Assembly: GCF_009914755.1 (NCBI RefSeq) | Contig: NC_060932.1 | Origin: the human T2T-CHM13v2.0 reference genome, Homo sapiens | DNA: 64,000 nt | Direction: 5' to 3' (one strand) | Shown here: one piece after another, positions 40,414 through 54,519 of the stretch | How positions within the stretch are numbered: position 1 is the stretch's first letter | Layout: each line of letters opens with the position of its first letter | The notes under the pieces: model-generated | Seen by the model: only the letters and a program-made list of their open reading frames with translations | What the model was told of the DNA's origin: nothing | The model's database searches: none | Program-made: the position numbers and the translations under genes

Positions 40414-43010
40414 TTTTGTGGTTTTATCTACCTTTAGTCTTTGATGTTGGTGACCTACAGATGGGGTTTTGGTGTGGATGTCTTTTTTGTTGATGTTGGT
40501 GCTATTCCTTTCTGTTTGTTAGTTTTCCTTCTAACAGTCAGGTCCCTCAGGTGCAGGTCTGTTGGAATTTGCTGGAGGTCCACTCCAGACTCCGTTTGCC
40601 TAGGTATCACCAGCAGAGGCTGCAGAACAGAAAATATTGCAGAACAGCAAATATTGCTGCCTGATCCTTCCTCTGGAAGCTTTGTCTCAGAGGGGCACCC
40701 AGCTGTATGAAATGTCAGTCAGCCCCTACTTGGACGTGTCTCCCAGTTAGGCCAAACGGGGGTCAGGGACCCACTTGAGGAGGCAGTCTGTCCGTTCTCA
40801 GAGCTCAAACACCATGCTTGGAGAACCACTGCTCTCTTCAGAGCTGTCAGACAGGGACGTTTAAGTCTGCAGAAGTTTCTGCTGCCTTTTGTTCAGCTAT
40901 GCCCTGCCCCCAGAGGTGGAGTCTACAGAGGCAGGCAGGCCTCGTTGACCTGCAATGAGCTCCACCCAGTTTGAGCTTCCTGGCTACTTTGTTTACCTAC
41001 TCAAGCCTCAGCAACAGAGGACGCCCCTCCCCAGCCAGGCTGCTGCCTCGCAGTTTGATCTTGGACTGCCACGCTAGCACTGAGCAAGGCTCTGTGGGCA
41101 TGGGACCCACTGAGCTAGGTGTGGGATATAATCTCCTGGTGTGCCATTTGCTAAGACCTTTGGAAAAGCACAGTATTTGGGTGGCAGTGACCCAATTTTC
41201 CCAGTACAGTCTGTCACGGCTTCCCTTGTCTAGGAAAGGGAAATCCCCTGACCCCTGTGCTTCCTGGATGAGGCGATGCCCCAACATGCTTTGGCACCCT
41301 CCATGGGCTGCACCCACTTTCTGACCAGTCCCAACTAGAGGAACCAGGTACCTCAATTGGAAATGCAGAAATCACCTGTCTTCTGCATCGATCACGCTGG
41401 GAGCTGCAGACCGGAGCTGTTCCTATTTGGCCACCTTGGAACGGACCCCACAACTTTCATACTGATTGTTAAGATGGGTATAGAATCTGGATTAGAAATA
41501 ACGTCTTTACAAAATTTTGAGTGTATTATTCCATTGTTTTCTTGCTTCCACTGTTGTTGAGAAATCCAAAATAGTTTTTACCCCAGATCCTTTGTTTTTG
41601 ATATTTTTTCTCTTTCTCTAGAAACTTATAGGATCTTGCTTTCTCTTCACAATTCTGAAATTTCAAAATGATGGCCTTTGTTGTAGGTCAATTTTTATTC
41701 AAAGTTTTCAAATTTTATTGTGTTGGGCACTTGGTAGACACTTTCAAACTGTCAATTTATGTCTTTCAGGTCTAGGATGTTTTTGTGAATTATTTTATTG
41801 ATGATTTGTTTCTCTTTATTTTCTATATTGTCTTTTTCTGGAATTTCTGTTATTGGGATACTAGAATTTCTAAAAAGTTTCTTTAATTGTCTATATTTTT
41901 CTGTTTCATTATTTCTTGCTTTACTTTCTGGGAGATTTTATCAACTTTTTATTTTTGCATTTTGACTTTTTAATTTCAAAGCATTCTTTGTTTTCTGAAT
42001 CATCCCTTTTATGTGGCATCTTATTCTTGTTTCATGGACTCAATAACTTCTCTTATCTTTTTAGGATGTTAGTCATTAACAAAAAGATTAAAAAATAAAC
42101 TTTATTGAAGTATAATTTACAAACAATAAAATGCATCCATTTAAAATATATCATTAAATGAGTTTTCACAAATGTATACCATAGGGTAACCACCTCCATA
42201 ATCAAGATATAGAACATTTCCATCATCTTCCAGTCAACTTCTCCACCTATATCCTGGTCTCAGGCAATGACTGATTTGCTTTCTGTCAGTATAGGTTAGA
42301 TTTATATTTATGTAGTTAATGATAGAATTTTAATTTTTCCCCTAAAATAATTTATTTATTCCAAACTGTTTTTAGTTTGTTTTCTTTTTCTTCAGTGAGT
42401 ATGCCTTGTTCTCTTTCATGTAGAGGTGTTCCAGAAATGTCTGGACATCCTTGCTGGTCTACTCACTATCAAAAGTAGGAAATTAAAAAGGTGACTGGAA
42501 GATCTGAGCACCTGGGAATATTAACTTTGAGATTAACTACAGTATGATCAGTGTGGGCTGCTCTTGGAAAACCTTCTGATGTTAGCTCCTTAGACAGTTT
42601 CCTTGTGCTGGTCACTAGAGAGGAAATTTTCGATATTTCACATAAATAAAAGGCTGGTAGTGTTTGGGGAACTGAATAGAGCAAAAGGTTGAGATGGGAG
42701 GTCTTCAGTATTTTTATTCAGCTTACATATAGTCATTTTCTTTATTTTTCATAGGGCACCCAGCTCTAAAGTCCCACATACAGAGACCTCACCACACCCA
42801 CACTTTACTATCTCCATAGAATCAACTAGCAAACTTATGCTGATATACACATGCAGTTTCTCAGTGGCTTGGAGTAGGCACGACACTAACTGCTCTTTTA
42901 CCCAATCTTATTTAAGACTTTCTTTTCATCATCTCTTTTCATCGTTTCTAGATACCTAAGTCTCTCTTTTCATCATCTCTAGATACCTAGAACTGACAGT
43001 TATCAGAGAC

Positions 43011-43641
43011 TGTATTAGTCAAGGTTCTCCAGAGAAACAGAACCAATAGGATATATACAGATATAGAAAAATAAATTTATTATGGGACTTTGCTCATGTG
43101 ATTATGAAAACTCAGAAACCCCATGATCCACCATCTGCAAACTGGAGTCCCAGGGAAGTTGGTGATAAAATTCAGTCTGAGCCCAAAGACCTGAGAACCA
43201 GGAGGAAAGTCTGCCGGTGCAAGCCCAGAGAACAAAGGCCTGAGAACCTGCAGCTTGAATGTCTGAAGACAGAAGAGGGATATCCAGCTCCAAAAGAGAG
43301 AGCAAATTAACCTTTCCCCCACCTTTTTGTTCTATCTAGGCCCTCAAGGGGAGGTAATGTCCACCTGCATTTGTAAGAGGAATCTTCTTGACTGAGTCCC
43401 CCTGAGTACCTCAAGGGGAGGTAATGTCCACCTGCATTTGTAAGAGGAATCTTCTTGACTGAGTCCCCCTGAGTACCTCAAGGGGAGGTAATGTCCACCT
43501 GCATTTGTGAGAGGAATCTTCTTGACTGAGTCCCGCGATTCAAATGCTAATCTCTTCCAGACACACCCAGAAAAAATATTGTACCAGCTATTTGGGCATC
43601 CCATAGTTCAGTCTAATTGACACATACAATTAACCATCACT
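43011..43641 (-). mobile_element. MLT2-type ERVL solo LTR
   Basis: tgtattagtcaaggttctccagagaaacagaaccaatagga ... aattaaccatcac. Confidence 0.88.
43342..43534. repeat. 67-bp minisatellite, about 2.9 near-identical copies
   Basis: Units start at 43342, 43409 and 43476; one substitution in copy 3. Confidence 0.97.
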
Positions 43642-44597
43642 GAGGCTTTTGAGAATTCTCTGATATAAATTAGGTTGGTGTTTAATTTTCTCCACTCTCC
43701 GTTTCCTAGGCTCTGCTGAGTCAGTTACCACTTGACTTTCTGTTTTCCAGCTCCCAGTATTTTGTTTTTGCTCTCTATCCTATTTTCCTCATCCTTGGGG
43801 GTTTATGCCTGTGTTAAAAAACCCCTAACTTTATTGCTAAAGATGTTTAGAGAGAGTAGAATTAGATGCATGTGCTCAACCTATTATCTTGACCCCCAAA
43901 CTTCCCACTATTAGACATTTCTTACTTTAACATATGCAATAGAAGAATTAGTGTGTAAATTAATCAAATATATAAATGTTTATGGAATAAAGGATGCCCT
44001 TTATTTCAATTGTTAATTTCACCAATAGAACATTTTCATAATATTTTACATTATTTCTATGCTACCTTTTTACTATAGAGTCATTCACTAGGCACCATTT
44101 TTGGGAATTTTATATTCAACATGCTGCTAATCCACTATTACAATCAAAGGGAGAATTTTAAAACAACATCAAGCAATGAATTAGGCAAGCCCTCCTACTT
44201 AGGATTTTGACATAATGAATTAAGTCCTCTGATGTTATTACTTGTAAATAAAATATCACTACTCTATTTAGAATTTACATTTAGTTATAGTAATAAATGT
44301 AATAATTTCAGACTTAGAGCATTAGTTTCATTAAATTAAAACGTGGATGCAGATATCTAAGAACGCAACAGAAGGGAGTTATATCGGATTCTGCTTCTAT
44401 GCAGAATGACTTGTATACTTGGGCTGAAAGCTTTTTAAACACCAGGGACAAAAATCCTGTGGGCCATTTGAGTGTAAAGGCTATGTCCTAACTCATTAAC
44501 ATTGTACCTAATGGGTGTGTGCTCCTCCAGAAAGGCAGGTTGAAAATATTCACTCAGGACAAAAACAGGCCGTTTCAAGTCCAGCTGAGGTGTTGGG

Positions 44598-44801
44598 TAG
44601 GCTTGCCATATAAAATGCAGGCTGCCCAGTTACATTTGAATTTCAGATCAACTAGAAACATTTTTCTTTTTTTTTTTTAGTGAAGTACATCCCATTCAAT
44701 ATTTGGGACATACTTATACCAAAAAAAAAAAAAATCAATGTTTACCTAAAATTCAAATTTAATGGGGGATCCAGTATTTTATTTGTTGAATCTGGTTACT
44801 G
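44598..44801. mobile_element. MER53 hAT-type MITE
   Basis: ttgccatataaaatgcaggctgcccagttacatttgaatttcagat ... aaattcaaatttaat...agtattttattt...tctgg. Confidence 0.8.
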
Positions 44802-46806
44802 AAGTCAAGGCCCTTAATCTGGAATTAGAATCTCTAGTAAAGTTTGAGTCAAATAAATAAACATTTTAAAAGCTCTAGGAAAGAAAACTTAGAGCTCAAG
44901 GCTGCCAATGCAGTGATCAGGGAACAGCGTATTAGGAATTAAAGAGAAAATAATACATTCCATACAGCATGGGCATAGAGCATCATGGTTTTCAGGAGGA
45001 CAAAGGAGACTCCCCAATGTCTTCTTAATCAGATGGAAGGAATTTAATACAATGAGCATTCTGGGCATTACTGTACCTTTGTTTGGCAATGGCTTTGTTG
45101 TCCTCCCTGGGCCAGTGAGACCTGGAGACCTGAGGTAACTCTACTATAACAAGCACAGAAAACTGTTTATACTAGGGAGCTCTGAGTTTAGAGAAGGTGG
45201 TGGAAGATATTTGCAAAAAGAGCATTAGGTTAAAATTAAATTATAATATTTCAAATCATACCTTTTCTGATAGGAGCAGACCTTTCCTAAGCACCTCTAT
45301 TTGCCCCTAACTCCATGAGCTACCATCTATTAGTATCTATAAATAAGAATTTAATATGGACTTTCAGAATAGGCTTTTTATTTGTTTTTTGTTTGTTTGT
45401 TTTAAAGACTGTCTTCAATGTTTCCCTTTAGGAGCACACTTGATCAGAGCTTGCAATCTCTTGAGGATTCTTCCCCATGCTCTTCATTTTCTTCCAAGAA
45501 CCCACACCATTGAAAAAAACAGAGAATTTTCTAAATTAGCTGAGGGAGTCCCCAAATTATCCAACCCATTTCCCTTCCTTTAGGCAGCCTCCCATTCACA
45601 TAATGCTAGAGAGCTGTTCATCCACCCTGTGTTAAAAGACTTGCGGGGAAATGATATAACATACCTCTGTGGGAGATTCTTTTTCATTTCTTTCTTGCTG
45701 TTATTTTCAGACATCTGTTGACCTGAGATTGAAACTTTGATTTCAATTTATCCAAAAACAGCAATTCTTTTAAAAAAGAAGCAATTAATAGGATAAAAAC
45801 ATGGCCTTCACCTTCCATACCTGAGTGGTGAAGTGTCCAGCTCTCCAAGCTGTGACTGGTAGCAGTTACTCATCAGACAGAGATGTCTAAGGTCCTCAGT
45901 TTCCCTCCTTCTACCACAAGTTCTGCATAACTGCTCCTTTCTTGTTGGACATTTGGCAAAGAGGATTGTCTGAATCTATAATGGAGAAAAGGAAAATAAA
46001 GGCGTAATCATTTTATCTATTGTTAACTTTTTAAGTTAAAATTTTCTGCACATAAAATATTTTATATATACATATATATCTGCATTTAAAAATAAATATA
46101 GCAGATTTCTTTCTAAGATTTTCTAAATCTTTTTATTGCATATTTTATTTAAAGACTACGGTCTCTCCAATCTTGAGCTAAATAGCCCCATCTTTGGGAT
46201 GATTATCCATTACAGTTACGAGATATAATATTATGTAGGAACTGACACTCTGTAATAAAAAGTTCCCTAGGGAATCTATTTTTCTTGTTAAGGTAAAGTT
46301 TTAAAGTAGAGGTGAAGCTGTGAGCTGAATTGGTGGTGGGCAATAAAGGGAAGTGTTGCTGCATAACCTCAAGTCTGGAGAGTGTAGTACAGCCAGCCGC
46401 CAGTGCCCCCAGAAGAACAAATTGGAAGAACTGCTTCTGTGAAAACTGTACAGAATTAGCTAGAACACAGCTTGAAGGAGAGTCTACTATGTAGACTCAA
46501 CAAACATACCTGGGGCTCAGCAATGGTTAGGCTTTTGTCTTTTAGGCTCCAGTTCTGCCCTTGGTCTAAGAGCAGGCTGCTCACTCTCTCTCCACTTTCT
46601 ATGTAAGAACAAATTCCTAATTACATAAACAGTCTCTAAGATGTGCTTTGCTGCTTAGTCCTCACCATGCCTCTGAGACTTTTTCTTTTATTAAAAATAA
46701 GGACAAAGAAGAACTTCCTTTTGACCACTGTCCCCATTTTATTTGTCTGTGTCACTCAGCACATGGCCCACAAGTCATGTACATTCCCAGTGCTACTTCA
46801 ATAAAC

Positions 46807-47036
46807 CAGTGGTTCAGAACCAGGAGCTATTTTACCCTCCAGAAGACATTTGGTAATGTCTGGAAACACTTTTGATTGTCATGAATTGGGGGAGGGGTAC
46901 TACTTCTGAATTTAATAAATGGAGGCCAGAGATATTGCTAAATATCCTACAGTGCATGGGACAAACCCCGTCTTCCCCAGCAGCAAAGCATTATCCAGTC
47001 CAGAATGTCAACAGGGCCATTCTTGCGAAGTTCGGA
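46807..47036. mobile_element. MER20 (hAT-Charlie)
   Basis: gacatttggtaatgtctggaaacacttttgattgtcat...tgctaaatatcctacagtgcatgggaca. Confidence 0.85.
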
Positions 47037-48185
47037 ATCAAACCAAGGGAAGAGGACAATTTGGCTTCTTTCCCTCATCTTTTTCAGGTGAATTCTCTTT
47101 TCCTCACTATTTCCCTGTTTCTTCCCCAAACTCAGAATGGCAAGTCTTCAGTTTCTCTAGCTGTAGTAAACTTTGAGCACCTAGTACATCTCCCAGCTCA
47201 GGGGCAGATGCTCCGGAAATGATGATCTCTTGTCAGTCCTTTGCCAACTGACCTCATTTAAGGCAAGTCCAGTCTGATGTGTACAGCCCACCAAAAAAGA
47301 TGACATCTGGCCTGTTGGCATCCTTTCTTAGAATCCTTTCCATTGCCATAACAGGAAGCCTGTGGGAAGAGTTTGGGGATTTATTTTATGACTTGAAAAA
47401 TAATCAACAAGCTTAGAAGAGCAGAAAAGAAAAGCTACATGAGGCAGTCCCTCCTGAACACTGTTCAGGGTGCTCCCTCATATGCCAGATACCATATTCC
47501 TTGTGCTGTTGTCATCCTAAACATGTTGGATAGAAGCTGGCAGTTAATTTTATCTTGCTAGTATTCTTATTTTCCTTTGGTACATAATATTATAAGGGTA
47601 CTGTTTATACACTTAGAGCAACATTCAATTTAAATTACAGAATACCAAGAGAGACCATGCACGGAGACACCTCTCTCAGTGAAGCTGTTCTCAGTTAAGC
47701 GGGAATCAGGCTGTGCTCTCCGGGAAAGAGGGATTTCCTGGAGCTTTTTAAGGGAAAGGACACAGAACTGCAGCAAACAACATATTGAGGTGATCTGGCC
47801 AGTTCCGTTTCTTCTTTTTAAAGCATGACTTAACTCACAACTTCACAAAACAGACTATAAGTTTACTTGGACATTATAAATAATGATAATAATAATAGCT
47901 AATATTTATGGAACTCTCGGTATTTAGCAATCACAATGCCAACTGCTTTATAGCATTTTTTCATTTATTAGAATCCATTCCATCCAACACTTTCCAAACA
48001 ATTATAATGTGTTAGGTATGGCAATGGGTTATGAAAGTTTGCAGTCATGTAAAATTATTAACAGTTAAATTAAACACAATTATATGTTTCAAATAATAAA
48101 TGATGAGATTGCAGTTCTGGTATTAACTGGATTACCAATGAAACTTTTGGCCAAGGGAGCCTTGTGTACTTTTCTTATTGTGGTC

Positions 48186-48404
48186 TAGATGTTTGTTCTC
48201 TAATAAACCACTATTAGCCATATAAACTATTTACATTTAAATCTAAATTTATTAAAATAAAAAATTTAAATTTAGTTTCATGGTCACACTAGCCACCTTT
48301 AAATTACTCCATAATGACATGTAGCTGGTGCCAATTGTGTTGGACAGCACGATATGGAATATTTCTGTCTTTCTAGACAGTTCTATTGGACCACACTGAG
48401 TCTA
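48186..48404. mobile_element. MER3/MER33-type hAT MITE
   Basis: ggtcacactagccac...gacatgtagctggtg...tggacagcac...agttctattggaccacactg. Confidence 0.7.
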
Positions 48405-50097
48405 GCATCCTCATAGTCAGACTTTCTTCTTCTTAAGTCATTCACTTTTATACCCCACATTGGTCCTTTTTTGCATTCTAGTTACACAAGACCAATCAAT
48501 TCCTGATATCTAAATTAGCCTACAAGTTGCATAAAGTTCTGGATCGATTGACAATATTCTCATAACTTGATCTTTACTGAGTTTTCTTCCTCAACCATAA
48601 AGAATCCATTAACTGAAAATGCTGCAGTTATTGCTGTTGTTTTATATCATACAAATCTATACCACATAGGAAATGCTGGGGTATGGCTCTATTCCAATGG
48701 AAGAGCATTCTATAATGTGTCTGTAAACTCTGTTGGATAAAATGCCCACTATGAATGCCTTCTGTCATCAGAATGGAACCGTTTATATAAATCTCCTTGG
48801 CTTTGAGCTGGAAACTAACATGTTATAAGCTGAACATTACCTCAAAACTCCTCACGTTGTTCAAAACACCTTTCTCTTTATGTCATTTCATATCTCCCAC
48901 TAACTCTAAAACATCTGTCAAATCCGTACTCTCCCTCTCCAGCTCCTTAGCTCAGGTTAGCATTATCTAACATGGACTGTTGCTGGAGCCTCTTAGCTAG
49001 CCTCTGCCTTGCTTCCAATCATCTTTTTAGACAGGATCATCTTTTCCAATGTTCATCTAATGATGCACCATCAGCCCCTCCCTTCTCCCTGCTTATAACC
49101 TTTCAATTCTTTGATCCCACTCCCAGAACCCTGGATGTCCTAGCTGCCTCCTCACTGTTCAGTCTCACCGCGGACCACACCCCCTTCCTCATGTGTCTAC
49201 AGTGGCTTTCTTTTCCTCCCATGTCTATAGCCTCTTCTCAGTATTGTTCTCTCTGCCAACGATTCTTTCTCTCTCCTCCTCCCTTTCATCAGTTAATACT
49301 GATTAGCCCATCAGTGACTAGTCAACTGAAAGTCACTTTTTCAGGGAAGCCTTTACCAAAGCTCAAACTGAATCCAGTTCTCCTGTTGGAGGCTTTGAGA
49401 GCACAATGTGCTTTTCTTTCATACCAATAACCACATTGTGCCCTTATATTTATTGGAGAGATTATTATGATGATGTTGGCTTCTCTCACTATATTATATG
49501 ATGATAAGAAGGCAGTGCTTTATTTGTTCAGGATGACCATCTGATCCCTAGAGATAAGAGCAGAGCAGGCTCTCAATGAGTACCTGTTGAATGAATGAGA
49601 TGAAATGGTGAATTGGTCTGAGAATTGGGGTGAAATTTCACAGTTAAATTCAGGGGCTGCTGGGTAGAAGAAACACTTACTCTACAGAAACGGTGGTAGT
49701 TTTCATTCCAGGCCTAGGTAACAAGTGTTTGCTGAGTTGACAGGCAACACTCAGAACTAAGAGTGCATGAGATAGTGATTACAAGTGCAGCATCTGGAAC
49801 CAGACTATCTGCATTCAAATCCCGGCTCCCTAATTATCAGCTGTGGAAATTCGTGCTGCTATAGCTACTCATCTGTTTCTATCCTTCCTTTTTTCTTTCT
49901 CTTTTAGTGGAAGAGGGATCCTTGCTCTTTAGTAAAAGCAATCTTCCTTCTGTATTCTGGGTGCCATCTCCCCAGGGACCTCCCTTGATCAATAATTACC
50001 CTTCTCCCTCTGTCTCCCAATCTTTCTCTCTCTCTTGGCCTCTTCTCAAGTGTTTATATTTGATAAAGTATCTCTCCTCGTTAAAAAGCCTTATCCT

Positions 50098-50420
50098 GGC
50101 CAGGCATGGTGGCTCATGCTTGTAATCCTAGCGCTTTGGGAAACCGAAGAGGGAGGATCACTTGAGGCCAGGAGTTTGAAATCAGCCCGGGCAACAGAGC
50201 AAGAAACCCATTTCTACAAAAATAAATAAATAAATGAAATTAGCCAGGTGTGGTGTTGCGTGCCTGTAGCCCTAGTTACTAAGGAGGCTGAGGAGAAAGA
50301 ATTGCTTGAGCCCAGGAGTTTGAGGCTACAGTGAGCTATGATTGCACCACTGCCCTCCAGCCTGGGTGACAGAGGGATATACCCTGTCTCAAAATTGAAA
50401 ACAAAACAAAATAAAATAAA
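50098..50420 (+). mobile_element. AluJ-type element
   Basis: J-diagnostic gaggatcacttgaggccaggagttt and gagcccaggagtttgaggctacagtgagctatgat. Confidence 0.93.
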
Positions 50421-50754
50421 CCCTATCTTGATCCACTCTCCTTTCATCTCCTGCCCTTTCTCTCCTCCACATCTAGATGTCTTCAGAGAATTGCCCCTGC
50501 TCTCTGTATTACTCTCATCACATGTCACAACTGCTCCACTGTAATGTCTTTGACCAAAGCAAAATATGAGAATGATTTGCAAAACCCTGTTGGAAATTTG
50601 TAGTGTTAATCTCTTTTCTAACCTCCCTGCAGCACTTGACACCATTGAGGGCCACCCCCCGCCCCCCACCTTCCTGATTACCTTGGTGTTTCCTTCCCAT
50701 CTCCCTGATGGCCCTGTCTCAATGTTCTCTATTAGATGAGCCTTTTCTACTAAT

Positions 50755-51227
<473 letters not shown>

Positions 51228-53266
51228 TAGACATCCTAAAATACTCCGTGTTATATCTTATATGCTGATAATTCCCAATTATGTACCTTCATTCCAGACT
51301 TCTCTGGGATTCATCTCAGTAGATCCAACTTGTTACTAGGTTATCTCTATGTGGATGTTTCCTAGGCATTTCTAAATTATCAAGAGCAAAACTAAACTAA
51401 TCATCTTTCACCCTCAAACCTACTTCCCTAGCCATGTTTCTATTTAAGTAAATGAAAACACAATTCATCCAGTCCTAGACTAGCAAAAATTTTAAGGTCA
51501 GTTGTGAGGCCTTTTCCCTCACCATCATACTCAAGCAGTCACCATACCCTATTTCTTCCCCCTCTTCAGTGTATCTATGTATCCTCACTCCTTAGCATCT
51601 CCACTGCCCAAGTATTAATGCAGACCACCATCACCTTCTGCATGGACCACTGCAATAACCTGCCTATTGGTCTTCTTATCACTTATTTGCCTGCAATTCA
51701 TTCATTGTACTTCAAGACAGAGGTTTCCTTCAAATCAGCAACCATGCCAATCCCAAGGCATCCTACCATGCTTGGGATGAACTCTAAATTAGCCCTATTC
51801 TTTTTGTTCCCAACCAACCCCCATGAGAAACCCAATATGCTATACCCATACTGATACCTTTTCAATTACTTGGTATGCCATGGTCTGTATTTCCCTAAGC
51901 CATTCCACATATTGTTTCCTCTTCCTGGAACTTTTTTCCTTTGCTATCCCAACTCACATCTGTCTACCTTTTACTCTTCCTTTAAATCTCTGCTTAGTAT
52001 ATACCTTTCCCAGAGAGGCATTTTATAAACTTCCAGCTAGATTAGCCATAACAGCCTCAACTTCCCCCATTATACCCTTTGTGTAAATTACCCTTCTAGG
52101 ATCTGTTTTCCTGTGAGACCCTAAGCCCTGTGAGGAAGGGACTATGCTCTCTTGTTCACCGCTCTGTCCTCATCACTCAGCACAGCACCTAGAGATAATA
52201 AATAGGTGCTTGTAATATACATGCTGAATTTTTAACCATTGTGCTAGGTTGTGTAATTTAATACAAAATCTAAGTCCTTTGAAAATGAAGACAACATAAA
52301 ATACCAGATGAGGGAGATGTGACAGGTTTCAAGGAGATGGATCTTAAAGCAATATCTGTGTTTGTGTTGGTGGAGAGAAGAGACAAGGAGTCCAGGCAAA
52401 GGCAAAGAGGAAAGATTGGGTATGGCATTTTTAGAATATCTAACTAACTGAATTAAAGTATTCAAGATGGACACTAGTGGGAAATAATGTTGAGTGAGAT
52501 GTAGTTTCTGAGTATGAATGGGGCAAGTGATGAAACTCACCTGTGGACATAGTTCCCTAAGATAAGGCAGAATACCTTGGATATCAATTACAGAAACTCT
52601 CAGGGAAATGGAAAGTAACTTATGAATACATAAAGGTTTGGCCCTATATAGATTTCTAGAAATAATTAATTCCAGCCTAAGGCTCTTGCATTAGTTTCTT
52701 AAATGAATCAGATCCTTTTCATCCACAGCAAACATAGGTAGCATGGAAATAGAAGGGTTGCAGTGTATACACATTGCACTTCCGTCTAAATGTACACATC
52801 GACATAGCCTGCCATATCCCACCATCACTCAGAGGACTGGAGAGAAGGTAAAATCCAAATAGTCTCCAGGATTAAGAAGCCACTTCAGGAGGAAGGAGAA
52901 GACTGAGTTATCTGACAAATTCAGTATATTAAGTGTGCTTTTTGGCTAGAATTATTTTGACAATTTGTATCTACTAATTTCTCAATGACTATTGGGCCTT
53001 TTAAAGCTGGAGATTGTTAGTCATTTTTCTAATTGCCTGAAAGAAATAGAGACTATGTACATATAATGAATATTAAAACTGGGCAACATTTTGCTTAAAT
53101 ATATATGCCTATAACTGCAACAAATTCAGAGAGCAAAATTATCTTTCTAACTTTATTGGCTTTTCATGAAAATAAACGCTTCCAAGTCATGATAATGACA
53201 ACCCTTGCCAAATGTTGGCAGTTTAGATTTTAACAAAGATTTTTTTTTGTTCACCAGCTTAGCTGC

Positions 53267-53285
53267 TGGTGCCATCTAGTGACCA
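53267..53285 (-). promoter_or_regulatory. CTCF motif
   Basis: Minus strand TGGTCACTAGATGGCACCA closely matches TGGCCACYAGRKGGCRCYA and lies in non-repeat DNA. Confidence 0.7.
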
Positions 53286-54519
53286 GTTCAATTGATAAAC
53301 AAAGATGGGTTCAGAAAATGTACTTAGAAGAATTTGATAGTCTTTTATTTAATATTGCAAAGAATGATACCCAAAAAAAGTAACCAGATAGCTGTAATAT
53401 TTAAGCTATAATTTAAAAGTTATAAAAGGGCAGAAATTTTAAAGATGACAAACTGGTTTTTTAAACACACTTAAAGGTAAAAGTACGCTTTTTTAAAATA
53501 TGCTTACAGGTAAAAGAGATTAAATAACAATTTATAAAACTTATAGTAAGCAACAATTCTGGAATCATCCTTTTTATATTAAAGATTACACATAACAATA
53601 ATGAAAATTTGTTAAAAGTTCTCATTCCTCTGAGAAAATTATATAAAGTAAAATATTAATGTATTTTTTAAGTTGACAAGTTGGGTGAGGTGGAACCCAA
53701 GCATTATCTGGAAGTCAAAATTATTTCACCATCATCATCAGGAACTAGAATGGTTAAATTTCCAAATTTGAAAACCCATGACTTTCTTCTTCAGAGACAT
53801 TTCCCCTCCTAGTCTTTAGAATGAAAACACAAGTCTATATTTACGTAAACATTTATCTGCAGAAGTTTTTTCATCCATAGTTTGCTACCTTGTATTAGTG
53901 TTGACCCCAAATCAGCACAGTCTGCTTGGTTAGCCGTAAGTGCTACAAAAAAATGAAGGTAAAATAAAAACGGTTTCAATTTAAACCGTCTTTAAGTTTC
54001 TGCAAGGAAACAAATGCGATAGTTTAAAATGGTTCTGGGAGACCCTCAGGCTTCATTAGAGGGTTTAGCTTCTGCTGAGGGCTCTCAGCTTAAGATGCTT
54101 ACTAACCTCTAGCCCATTACAAGGGAACTCAAGGTTCTTGATGCTTCATTTTTAAGGCACTAGATTGGTTTTTGATGTTGTTGCTGTTGTTATTGTTAGG
54201 AGAGTGATTAGGATGTATATTAACATAGTCCAATAAAGAACCCTGTCAAGTTTTGATGACCTTCCTCTAAAATGAGAATATTATACTCTGGACAAGTTTT
54301 CAGTAAAACAAAATATGGAACTGTTTCTCTGGGTATAGTGAGGAGTTTGTCCTCAATCATCAACATTTTTGTCCTGTTCCTCTTATGTGCCATGGATTTC
54401 CCAAACGTCCAATTAAATGATGACCAGAGCCATCCAAGAAAAGTAAGGAGTCCCCATCACACTGCATCCCCCCTACATTGTTTTTTATAAAGGGCATTAG
54501 TAGTTAAAGTCACTTGTGT

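Noticed and set aside
42920-42990. Short imperfect duplications (tcttttcatcatctct / tctagatacct)
   Set aside because: Ordinary local slippage within an old repeat
43342-43534. CRISPR-like regular repeat
   Set aside because: Head-to-tail units with no unique spacers, no cas genes, and a mammalian LTR context
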